DNA of 57,273 nt from an uncultured Parcubacteria group bacterium (lineage in GTDB: Bacteria > Patescibacteriota > Minisyncoccia > Phycocordibacterales > UBA2100), in contig CAMTYD010000031.1 in the NCBI GenBank assembly GCA_947085915.1, positions 1 through 57,273 on the forward strand, in the 5' to 3' direction. This document shows, one piece after another, positions 36,001 to 44,419 of the stretch. Numbering within the stretch: position 1 is the first letter of the stretch; each line of letters opens with the position of its first letter. The position numbers were made by a program, and so were the translations under genes. The notes beneath the pieces are model-generated. The model was not told the DNA's origin and did no database searches. It worked only from the letters and a program-made list of their open reading frames with translations.

Positions 36001-36546
36001 TTACGCCAGCAGTTCCTTGAGACGCTTGTTACCTGAAAGGATTCGAGCTTCTTCTTCGCACCATTCTGAAAAGGCATTTCTCTCTGCATTAACTTCTTCT
36101 AGAAAAACACCCCACGCTACCCAACGTACCGCTTCAACCTCTTCAAGGTTCGGCTTTGGCTCTTCTTCTGTCATGCCGACGAGAATCGGACAAATCTCAT
36201 TCTCCATCACCCCAGTGCGCACGAAGGTATATCGATAGGGTGCGACCTCTTCGATAGTAATCGCTTCCATGCGGAGCTCATGAGAAAGCCGGCGCTTCGC
36301 CGCATCAACATTCGACTCATGTAAGCCCGGGTGACCGCAGACGCTATTGGACCAAGCAAGCGGCCACGTCTTTTTGGTATGACTCCTTTGCTGAAGCAAC
36401 AGCTCTCCTTTTCTATTGAAAAGAAACAGAGAGAATCCCCGGTGGAGTGGCGTCGAGGCACCATGCACCAAAGCTTTGGGCATGGTGCCGAGGATGTTGT
36501 TCTCTTCGTCTACCAGAACGACTTCCTCTATCGATTGATGGTTCAT
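36001..36546 (-). CDS. idi: Isopentenyl-diphosphate delta-isomerase, type 1 (Nudix)
   Basis: HRGFSLFLFN..GELLLQQRS..K..WPLAWSNSVCGHP and E..ICPI motifs. ATGA overlap with the upstream gene. Confidence 0.85.
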   Translation of the reverse strand: MNHQSIEEVVLVDEENNILGTMPKALVHGASTPLHRGFSLFLFNRKGELLLQQRSHTKKTWPLAWSNSVCGHPGLHESNVDAAKRRLSHELRMEAITIEEVAPYRYTFVRTGVMENEICPILVGMTEEEPKPNLEEVEAVRWVAWGVFLEEVNAERNAFSEWCEEEARILSGNKRLKELLA

Positions 36547-37460
36547 ACCGAGGCGCCTGAAAGTCCGGGTACTTTCTTTTTCAAAGAAACAACGAGAGAA
36601 GACGCGTCTTCATTCACCACTATGTGGTCAAAAAGATCTTTCCGTTCTCCAAAGAATGCGAGATCCCGTTCCGCGTTCTTGAGACGGTCGTGAATATTGT
36701 CTTCTGTCTCACGTCCGCGCGCGCGAAGCCGGTGAAGAAGTTGACTCAGTCGTGCCCGCTTGCTCCGTCCTGGCGGAAGAAGTCCGAAGGAAAGAACCGA
36801 GCGACGGCCATAGTGACGCGCAAGACCCTGGAGAAGCCCCATCTCTGTGACGACAAGCGGGATTTTCCCTTTGTTCCAGATTGCCTCGATATCCGTACTC
36901 CGGTATCCATACTGACGATTCTCGGTAGAAGACGGTATCCGCGTCACGGCGACGATAGACCCCGCCTTTTGCATGCGTTCAAATTCGGTCTCGGTTGTAT
37001 ACAGGTATTCTCCATCGTCACCGGGTTTTGGAGCGCGCGTAGTCAGGATTGGCACTTTAGCAGCATAGTCGGAACACGCATGCGCAAGCATGGTCGTTAT
37101 TGTCGACTTGCCCACGCCGGAGGGTCCGGTGAACGCGAGGATGTACCGGGAGAACTTCTGTGGAATCTCCACAGTGACCGTCGCTTCATACGCGACTTCG
37201 TATACACGGAGACCCTCTTCCGTCACGTGGGAGAGGCGCATGCGCGGGCGTACCTGTTGTCCGATGAAGGGTTCGTCAGAGATGAGCGACCCGAGAACCC
37301 GGCGACCATTCTGTAATTCAATAAGACCGATCTGTCTCGGCCGCCTGCCGAAGCGCGCAGGCGGGTGTGCGAGTGTCGTGAATGACATAACGATTCCGGG
37401 GAGCTGTTTTTCTTGTTCGCGCTTCTGCGCGCGGTGGACGATAGGTGCGGAGTAGCTCAT
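36543..37460 (-). CDS. Fusion: DUF35-type OB-fold domain (N-terminal, no zinc ribbon) plus guanylate-kinase-like P-loop kinase (C-terminal)
   Basis: The N-terminal ~100 aa show a DUF35 OB-fold-like pattern (GIVMSFTTLAHPPARFG...IGLIELQNGRRVLG...IGQQVRPRM). The C-terminus has GPSGVGKST, LTTRAPKPGDDGEYLY, YGY and a GK-like lid. ATGA start/stop overlaps with thiolase and idi. Confidence 0.7.
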   Translation of the reverse strand: MSYSAPIVHRAQKREQEKQLPGIVMSFTTLAHPPARFGRRPRQIGLIELQNGRRVLGSLISDEPFIGQQVRPRMRLSHVTEEGLRVYEVAYEATVTVEIPQKFSRYILAFTGPSGVGKSTITTMLAHACSDYAAKVPILTTRAPKPGDDGEYLYTTETEFERMQKAGSIVAVTRIPSSTENRQYGYRSTDIEAIWNKGKIPLVVTEMGLLQGLARHYGRRSVLSFGLLPPGRSKRARLSQLLHRLRARGRETEDNIHDRLKNAERDLAFFGERKDLFDHIVVNEDASSLVVSLKKKVPGLSGASV

Positions 37461-38581
37461 ACGTTTGTATTTTCTAGAATATGGATACCACAAGTCGCGC
37501 CCGCACCGCCGAAATTGTGGGCAAGACCATATCGCGCCGATGTACGCTTGAGACTCTTGCCGATATCGATGAGTTGCTTAATGCCGGTGGCCGCAACGGG
37601 ATGACCGCAGGCCTTCAGTCCCCCGCCCATGTTTACAAAAAGCGGTGTGCGACCCGCAAAGAGGTCTTCATAAATCGTAATCCCCTCTCCTTTTTTTGCA
37701 AATCCCAAATCCTCCATGTTGATAACAGCGGCGATGGAGAAGCAGTCATGCGTTTCGAGCACGCGTATATCTTTTCGTTCGATGTCCGCTTCTCGCAGAG
37801 CCTGACTCATCGCCATGCGCGTCGCGGGGAAACTCACAATAGTCGGCCTCTCAGTGATACTGAGGGTATCACTTGCAATCTGGCTTGCGGCGAGGCGCAT
37901 ACCGCTCGTATGCGTAGTTGAAAGGATACAGGCAGCAGCTCCGTCGCTAATCGGTGAACAGTCGAGGAGGCGGAGCGGGTCGGATACGAACGGACTCGCG
38001 GTTACCGCTTCCGGAGAAAGCTCATGCCGGAACTGCGCAAAAGCATTCTCCGTCGCGTTCTTGTGGTGCACCGAGCTCACGATACTCAGCTGTTCGCGTG
38101 TGAGACCGAATTCGTACATATACCGCTTAGCGATGAGGCCAAAAATCCCGGGAAACGTGAGTCCGGATGGAGCGTCGAGCTCACTATCAGCCGCCCCCAT
38201 CAAGGCCTCTGAAATAGCATCACTCGAGGCATCGGTCATCTTTTCTACACCGAGCACGAGGACGGTTTTTGCCCGGCCGCTTTCGAGAAATGCACAGGCT
38301 GTATGAATCGCGAGCGCGCCCGAACCACAGGCTGCCTCAACCCGCAGTGCAGGCGGATGATGAGGCAAAAGCGACGAAGCGAGTGCCGCAATGTGCGCCT
38401 GATTATTCGTGGCTTCAGAGAGCATATTTGCAACAACGACGAGGTCGATATCACGTGCATTCAGCTTGGATGAGGCGAGCGCCGCTTCGATGGCTTCACT
38501 CATCAAATCGCGCAGACTTTTATCCCACCACTCGCCAAAACGCGTAAGTCCGGAACCAGCAAGAAAAATGTCTTTTTGCAT
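37457..38581 (-). CDS. Thiolase (archaeal-type acetyl-CoA acetyltransferase)
   Basis: Active-site Cys context (VEAACGSGALA) and a C-terminal H..G.GG.CG pattern. Start set to ATG 38581, just after the hmgS stop. Confidence 0.85.
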   Translation of the reverse strand: MQKDIFLAGSGLTRFGEWWDKSLRDLMSEAIEAALASSKLNARDIDLVVVANMLSEATNNQAHIAALASSLLPHHPPALRVEAACGSGALAIHTACAFLESGRAKTVLVLGVEKMTDASSDAISEALMGAADSELDAPSGLTFPGIFGLIAKRYMYEFGLTREQLSIVSSVHHKNATENAFAQFRHELSPEAVTASPFVSDPLRLLDCSPISDGAAACILSTTHTSGMRLAASQIASDTLSITERPTIVSFPATRMAMSQALREADIERKDIRVLETHDCFSIAAVINMEDLGFAKKGEGITIYEDLFAGRTPLFVNMGGGLKACGHPVAATGIKQLIDIGKSLKRTSARYGLAHNFGGAGATCGIHILENTNV

Positions 38582-38585
38582 ACGA

Positions 38586-39617
38586 TTATACGGAAAGTGC
38601 TCCGGAGTGTTGTAAGTACTGACTGTAATCCAAGTATGCGTGCTCACGGCTGTCTACGGGGAGAGACTTTCCGGTCTTCAATGCGGTCATGAGGACGGCA
38701 TCGCATCCCGAACCTGATCCGTAAGAAACGAGGAGAATTCGTTGTCCTTTTTTTATCTTCTCGAGCACTGAGACGAGTCCGATGAGCGAACATGCGCTAT
38801 AGGTGTTACCGATGGTAGGGACAACAAAGCCGGCACTCATTTGCTCCTTCGTGATGCCGAATTCCTTGGCGATGCGCATCGGAAATTTTGCATTGGGCAT
38901 GTGGAAGACGACGTGATCAATTCCCGGCAATTTCACCTTCCATGCCGTGAGAGCTGCTTTGATTGTCTCGCGAACGTGTTGGAAATAGCCGGGCTCTCCG
39001 GTAAATCGGCCCGCGTGACGCGGATAGGATTCTCCTTCCGCCCGCCAAAAGTCCGGAGTGTCTGTTGTATATGAAAGTGTCTTTTCTATGCGGCAGAGAG
39101 CGTTTTTGTGTGTCGCCGACCCCAAGAGAAATGCCGCGGCACCAGCCGCCGCTGTATATTCGAGCGCATCACCCGGTTGACCCTGGGCAGTGTCCGTCCC
39201 AACCGCCAGACCAAAACGAACTTGTCCGCTTCGGACAAAGCTGTCGATAATCTGAAGACTCGCTGTCCCCGCTTTACAAGCGAACTCTAAATCTGCTGCA
39301 TGCGAAAAAGGATTCAACTTCAGTGCCGATACAAGCATGCCGCTCGTCGGCTTTACTGCATAGGGATGAGACTCCGACCCGACGAATATCGCGGAGACTC
39401 GAGACGGCGGGACGCGTGACACCTCGAGAGCGGTCCGCGCCGCTTCAAACGCCATGGTGAAACTATCTTCTCCCACTCCCGCGACCGATTTCTCCTCCAC
39501 ACCAAGACCTGCCAGAAGCGCCTGCGCATCCTGCTGCCAATGACGTGCGATGTCGGATGTACGAATACGATATTTTGGCAGGTACACGCCGAAGCCGAGA
39601 ATTGCTGAGTGGCCCAT
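38586..39617 (-). CDS. Hydroxymethylglutaryl-CoA synthase (archaeal/short type)
   Basis: ILGFGVYLPKYRI..., Cys context ACKAGT, ~343 aa. Adjacent to the thiolase as in archaeal loci. Confidence 0.85.
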   Translation of the reverse strand: MGHSAILGFGVYLPKYRIRTSDIARHWQQDAQALLAGLGVEEKSVAGVGEDSFTMAFEAARTALEVSRVPPSRVSAIFVGSESHPYAVKPTSGMLVSALKLNPFSHAADLEFACKAGTASLQIIDSFVRSGQVRFGLAVGTDTAQGQPGDALEYTAAAGAAAFLLGSATHKNALCRIEKTLSYTTDTPDFWRAEGESYPRHAGRFTGEPGYFQHVRETIKAALTAWKVKLPGIDHVVFHMPNAKFPMRIAKEFGITKEQMSAGFVVPTIGNTYSACSLIGLVSVLEKIKKGQRILLVSYGSGSGCDAVLMTALKTGKSLPVDSREHAYLDYSQYLQHSGALSV

Positions 39618-39626
39618 AGAAATATG

Positions 39627-39655
39627 AGTATACCCCGTGAGATACCGACTCTCAA
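39627..39655 (-). promoter_or_regulatory. Putative promoter of the hmgS-thiolase-kinase-idi operon: TTGAGA-17 nt-TATACT, with the spacer filled by TATCTCACGGGG
   Basis: Minus-strand reading. The -10 box ends 9 nt before the hmgS ATG. The motif copy occupies 39629-39644. Confidence 0.5.
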
Positions 39656-39681
39656 AATTGTTGTTGCGGAGAAAAACTCAT

Positions 39682-39697
39682 TATCTCACGGGGTATA
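39682..39697 (+). promoter_or_regulatory. Inverted second copy of TATCTCACGGGGTATA
   Basis: Perfect 16-nt inverted repeat with 39629-39644, separated by 37 nt. Confidence 0.5.
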
Positions 39698-39732
39698 GCA
39701 AATACAGGCTGTGCTTAAAACAGCAAACCTCA

Positions 39733-40887
39733 TCAACGCGCGAGCCTCGTATGCGCGCGCGCGAGCGTGTTCGTAGATTGAGCAGCGAGAAGGGATATCT
39801 CCCCCGCTAGGATTGCTCCCGCGATAGTCTCCGCGAGTTGCGCGGAGGGCTTCAGGTGTGTTTTCGCCCGCAGAACTACATCCAAACACTGTTTTTGAGC
39901 AGGAAGATTTGTTCCGCCTCCTCTTACGCCTACGAGTAAGGCGGGAATCTCCACCTTGATTCGAATACCGCCCTCGTCTTTACTGAGTATCGTATCTGCG
40001 AGCGAGCCCTCCACCACATGCGCCGCGTCTTGCCCCGTCGCGAGGTACAGTGCGGAGACGATGTTTGCGACATGCAGATTTTTTCCCAAAGCGCCCGAGA
40101 TTTCCGACCCGACCTCCAATTTTGCATGAGCCGTCTTGAGGAGTGCCTCCGGATTCGATTTCAAGACATCGCGAAGAATCTCTTCGGGAAGAACGGCTTC
40201 TGCGCTTACGCGGTATCCCCGGCCGTGCGTTTTCGTCCGCACACTCGGCTTCTTGTCACTATCCACATTGCCCGCCACCGTGAGCATGGTGATATGCAAT
40301 TCGCCGGAAAGAAATTCTCCAATTGCCTGAGCAGCTATCGTGACCATATTCATGCCCATCGCCTCATCAGTATCTGCCGCAATAGTGAGGAAGAGGACGT
40401 CGTCTTTTGTATCAATTTCATAGGAAAGTATCTTGAGGTGCTCGCTCGTCGCCTCTCCAACCTTTCTCCATTCAGATTCGAGTCTGCGAATGCCCGCGGA
40501 ACTCACCTCCGCATCGTTCGTCTCGAACGCAATCGAGCGGGTTATACCGATGTACTCGGACGAAATACGCACACCGCCTGCCGCTGTTAGCGCTTTACAG
40601 CCGCGATTAACGCTTGCGACAAGTGCGGCTTCGGTCGTGGCAACAGGTAGATAGACAGCATGTGCCTCTCCCGAACTGAACATTATCTGAAGCGGACCCG
40701 CGAGACCCACGGGTATCGGAACCGCCCCGAACATCTGCTCGCAGTTTCTTTCGTCCGCCGAGCCAAGTTGCGCAGGTACCAACGCGAGCGCCGATAGCTC
40801 TACGCCCAGCTCCTGCTCAATCATCGCGCGTCGTTTGGCCACCCGATCATCTCCACCTTGCTCTGCGCTAAAGTTGCGTAAATCCAT
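39733..40887 (-). CDS. HMG-CoA reductase (class I-like catalytic domain, no membrane anchor)
   Basis: CEQMFGAVPIPVGLAGPL and DAMGMNMV motifs. Confidence 0.85.
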   Translation of the reverse strand: MDLRNFSAEQGGDDRVAKRRAMIEQELGVELSALALVPAQLGSADERNCEQMFGAVPIPVGLAGPLQIMFSSGEAHAVYLPVATTEAALVASVNRGCKALTAAGGVRISSEYIGITRSIAFETNDAEVSSAGIRRLESEWRKVGEATSEHLKILSYEIDTKDDVLFLTIAADTDEAMGMNMVTIAAQAIGEFLSGELHITMLTVAGNVDSDKKPSVRTKTHGRGYRVSAEAVLPEEILRDVLKSNPEALLKTAHAKLEVGSEISGALGKNLHVANIVSALYLATGQDAAHVVEGSLADTILSKDEGGIRIKVEIPALLVGVRGGGTNLPAQKQCLDVVLRAKTHLKPSAQLAETIAGAILAGEISLLAAQSTNTLARAHTRLAR

Positions 40888-40909
40888 ACAGCTCGATTAT
40901 AGCCAACAA

Positions 40910-41929
40910 TTACGCTATCCGTGACCCTGCCCCAATCTTGGCTTCAAAGATGATGCAACCCTCCTGCGCATGCGCAAAAGTGCGTACGGATGGCAGCGCA
41001 CTTTCTTCGCACACGAGGTGCACGGTGGGACCGGCATCCATCGTGTACAAAACAGCCAAATCTTCACGGGTTCGGAGTGCTTCTATGTCGCGAATGATGC
41101 GATGTGTCTCTCCACTCAGATAATCGAGCGAGGGACTGCTCGAGCGCATCACCGCATGCATATCCAGGCAATCTTCTTCAGACACTTGCTGTAGTTTTTG
41201 AAAATCCTTTGCTCGAATCGCTTCGATACACATTTTTTGCCGTCGGGGAATGTCACGCAGCCGCGCCTCGAAAAGCGGGCTCGTATGCGCGAGCGCATGA
41301 CCCTCAGTCGAGCCTACCGACTTCTCTTTCTTGGTCGGCACGACGATGACATCGTGCAGTACCCAGTGATTCTGCGGAGCTACCTCCTCGGCGTATGACG
41401 AATCAATCTCCTCGCCTGCCCCCGCTACCATCGCGACAAATCCGCCAAAGACGCTGCGGCTGGCAGAGCCGGACCCGAGACGGGCGAGAATACTCACATC
41501 GCGGCGCGATATACCTTTGACAAACCCTCCTGCGGTGAGCTTGTCGAATCCGGCGTACGCTTCCGCCAGCGCACTAAAGACCGCCGAAGACGATGCCAGC
41601 CCGATACCCGGAGGGATTTTTGAGCGAATCTCGAGAGAAACAGATGCGGGAAGTGCCTGAGTCGCACCAATCGTATTCAAATATTCTTTTGCGGCAACGA
41701 AATGTTTTTTCAGTCGTGCCGTCTCCCGCTCGCTAAGCATTCGTGCAGCACCGTCCGGTTCAAAACTTCGAGCAGAAAACTCATCTGCGTGCTCGACCAT
41801 CACTTCGACTACGGGTTGGTCGAGCGTCATTGAGAGCGAATCTGCGGCCGGCAAACGGAGCATTTCATTGCGGTTGCCCCAGTACTTGATAAGGGCGATG
41901 TTTGGTGCGGACGTAGCGCGAATAGACAT
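40910..41929 (-). CDS. Mevalonate (di)phosphate decarboxylase, GHMP family
   Basis: APNIALIKYWGNR N-terminus and GLASSS motif. Substrate (diphospho- or phosphomevalonate) cannot be told from sequence by eye. Confidence 0.8.
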   Translation of the reverse strand: MSIRATSAPNIALIKYWGNRNEMLRLPAADSLSMTLDQPVVEVMVEHADEFSARSFEPDGAARMLSERETARLKKHFVAAKEYLNTIGATQALPASVSLEIRSKIPPGIGLASSSAVFSALAEAYAGFDKLTAGGFVKGISRRDVSILARLGSGSASRSVFGGFVAMVAGAGEEIDSSYAEEVAPQNHWVLHDVIVVPTKKEKSVGSTEGHALAHTSPLFEARLRDIPRRQKMCIEAIRAKDFQKLQQVSEEDCLDMHAVMRSSSPSLDYLSGETHRIIRDIEALRTREDLAVLYTMDAGPTVHLVCEESALPSVRTFAHAQEGCIIFEAKIGAGSRIA

Positions 41930-41931
41930 AA

Positions 41932-42783
41932 TCAGAGTGAGATTGTAGGCATATTTCTCCGGTACGCAATTTTCAGAATCTCTTCCGGGTTACCGAGTGC
42001 AAGCACCATACCCGCGCCGCCCGTGCGACTCCCCGCACCAATAACCTTGGCCGCGCCATCAATCTGCTCAATAGCGGCAATCAGTTCCCGGATGTCCGGT
42101 GGTACAACTCCGAGTGCTATTTGAGCCTTGTTGTGCTCACGCATCACGAGAGGCAATGATTCGCCTTCGATAAGCCGATGAGTGCACCTATCAATTGCTT
42201 CCAAAGAGTCTTGAACTTCCTTCTCCCGACCTCGCATCCATGCGACAAGCTCTGTCGTAGACTCTCCCGGAAATCCTGTATCGATGAGGATTGCCTGATG
42301 TAACAACCCTGAGGATATGTCGATGCGTTTTGGGCCAATACTTTTAGCGAACACGACGGGCGTATTCTCCCAAATGACGGCGAAGTCGAAGCCGCTGTGT
42401 CCGGGATTCAAGACATCCTCAATCTCCAGAGCTGCGACGCGGGAGTCTTCTCCCAGGAGTGCACGGGTTACGGCGATAATAAGTGCAGTTGAGGAACCCA
42501 TCCCCTTTCCCAGAGGAACATCTGCGTGAATGCTCAGCTTGCCGGATAATTCCGGATTCTTCCTTTGGCACAATCCCACAATCTTTTCCAAGTACGGTTG
42601 CCACATCTCCCCTCCCCTCCAATCTATGTCGATTCTTTTAGAGGCGGCATCTTCCTCACATACCGCTTGTACCCCCAAAGAAGAAGGTAGGGCGAGCCCT
42701 TGGTACCCGAAGAGCACCGCGTACTCACCGGACAGAATAATTTTGCCTGGCGCGAAGGAGGTGCGATTCATACTCAGTTTCAT
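41932..42783 (-). CDS. Mevalonate kinase (short GHMP kinase)
   Basis: APGKIILSGEYAVLFG and PLGKGMGSSTA motifs. Confidence 0.8.
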   Translation of the reverse strand: MKLSMNRTSFAPGKIILSGEYAVLFGYQGLALPSSLGVQAVCEEDAASKRIDIDWRGGEMWQPYLEKIVGLCQRKNPELSGKLSIHADVPLGKGMGSSTALIIAVTRALLGEDSRVAALEIEDVLNPGHSGFDFAVIWENTPVVFAKSIGPKRIDISSGLLHQAILIDTGFPGESTTELVAWMRGREKEVQDSLEAIDRCTHRLIEGESLPLVMREHNKAQIALGVVPPDIRELIAAIEQIDGAAKVIGAGSRTGGAGMVLALGNPEEILKIAYRRNMPTISL

Positions 42784-42842
42784 TTACTTTACAGGAATCT
42801 TTGGCTCAAGGATATGTTCTTTGCTATCATTCGAAGCATCCT

Positions 42843-43529
42843 ATGAGCGAAACTCCCCACATTCCCGCCTGCATTGGGATTATTCTCGACGGTAATCGCA
42901 GATGGGCGAAAGAGAACGGACTCGCTTCCTTCGAGGGTCACCGCCGGGGAATGGAAAATATTGAGCCAATTGCTCTTGCGGCACGCGACATGGGAATACA
43001 GCACATGGTCGTGTATGCCTTTTCCACGGAGAATTGGAATCGCGCCAAAGAAGAGGTTTCGTATCTTATGGAAATCTTTGAGTCGATGGCACGGGAAGGT
43101 CTGGCGAAATACAGAGATGAGGGTATCGCCGTCCGTTTCGTGGGTCAAAGAGACCGCTTCTCTCCAAATCTCCAAGCTGCGATGCGGGATGTCGAAGCTA
43201 AAAATCCCCAGAATCCCAAGCTGACCTTGTGGATGTGTATGTCATACGGCGGCAGAGCGGAAATCGCACAAGCGGCGCAAGCCGCGTCACAATCAGGTGA
43301 TGCAATGAGTGAAGAGTCTCTCGCGAAGCACCTGTGGACGGCTGGGATGCCCGACCCCGACCTCATCATCAGGACGGGCGGAGAAAAGCGCATCTCCAAC
43401 TTCCTCTTGTGGCAAGGTGCATACAGCGAATTATTCTTCGTCGAACCATACTGGCCTGCTTTTACAAAAACAGATTTAGAAGGCGTTCTCAAAGAATACG
43501 CTCAGCGCGAGCGTCGGATGGGTAAATAA
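42843..43529 (+). CDS. uppS: Undecaprenyl-diphosphate synthase (cis-prenyltransferase)
   Basis: IGIILDGNRRWAKENG, FSTENWNR and RTGGEKRISNFLLWQ motifs. Divergent from the mvk operon. Confidence 0.9.
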   Translation: MSETPHIPACIGIILDGNRRWAKENGLASFEGHRRGMENIEPIALAARDMGIQHMVVYAFSTENWNRAKEEVSYLMEIFESMAREGLAKYRDEGIAVRFVGQRDRFSPNLQAAMRDVEAKNPQNPKLTLWMCMSYGGRAEIAQAAQAASQSGDAMSEESLAKHLWTAGMPDPDLIIRTGGEKRISNFLLWQGAYSELFFVEPYWPAFTKTDLEGVLKEYAQRERRMGK

Positions 43530-43537
43530 GAAACGAA

Positions 43538-43569
43538 AGAGCGCCGCGGTTTCCTACCCGCGGCGCTCT
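43538..43569. terminator. Hairpin terminator (12-bp stem) between convergent genes
   Basis: AGAGCGCCGCGG...CCGCGGCGCTCT. Confidence 0.6.
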
Positions 43570-43599
43570 GTGTTGTCTGAAGATCAGATGGTGTCTTGT

Positions 43600-44277
43600 T
43601 TAGCAGCGAGAACTGCTCAACATGTTGTGCCGAAGCTGGGCGAGCCTCTCCTCCAGAGAGCGCGGCCAGCATTGGAGCATGCCTAATTTTTCCAGCGTGT
43701 GCCAAGTCCATGCGAGAGCGGCCGCATTGTCCATCAGGAAAAGTTCAGCACGCTTGACGAGCAATTGGGCCAGCTCAACCCTCTGGACCGATTGGGTAGA
43801 AAGGCTGCCGCCCTTGCAGTCGACTCGCATGTAGCGTTTGCCCCTATCGGCGACAATCGCGAACTTGCCGTCGGAGATAGCGACGAGCTGGTGTTGGTCG
43901 TGAGTGCTCCGTCCGCCAATCTGCACAAACGCCGGGTGCAGTGTTTCGAGTCCTGACCACGCATTTTGGACTTCCGGAATATGCGAGCTTACCCCAGGGT
44001 CAAACTCCAACCTGAACGTCGAGAGCGAAAGGAGGGCTCCAGGCCACTTAGCGCGCCCAATTATCGCCTTTCGACCTTCAGATTCGTGCGGTGCGCCCTC
44101 GAGAAGCAGGCCGTTGCTGATTCTCGGATAACTCTCAGCGTGCTGCCTGAAGTCGAGCACCTGGTGACGTTTATCGTTCGGAGGTCCGACTCGCACGCTT
44201 GTGGTGGTTGCACCCTCCATGCCGGGAGCGATTTCGCCGGACGGGCAGAGCCTATAGATATTGGCTGTAGCGGTCAT
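43600..44277 (-). CDS. Hypothetical protein (225 aa), no family recognised
   Basis: Long ORF with ordinary composition, flanked by terminators. Confidence 0.55.
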   Translation of the reverse strand: MTATANIYRLCPSGEIAPGMEGATTTSVRVGPPNDKRHQVLDFRQHAESYPRISNGLLLEGAPHESEGRKAIIGRAKWPGALLSLSTFRLEFDPGVSSHIPEVQNAWSGLETLHPAFVQIGGRSTHDQHQLVAISDGKFAIVADRGKRYMRVDCKGGSLSTQSVQRVELAQLLVKRAELFLMDNAAALAWTWHTLEKLGMLQCWPRSLEERLAQLRHNMLSSSRC

Positions 44278-44371
44278 GTCTGTTCACCTCACCCTAGTTG
44301 TAGAAGAACACTTCCTACTCTGGAAGCTCTCAATTGATAGCACTATCCGTTGTCTTGCGCCATAAACGCAA

Positions 44372-44398
44372 AAACGGCCGCCCTTAGGGCGGCCGTTT
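44372..44398 (-). terminator. Intrinsic terminator downstream of the SWIB gene
   Basis: AAACGGCCGCCC-TTA-GGGCGGCCGTTT, with a T-run on the minus strand. Confidence 0.7.
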
Positions 44399-44419
44399 GT
44401 TGTTTGCTTTAAAAACCGA

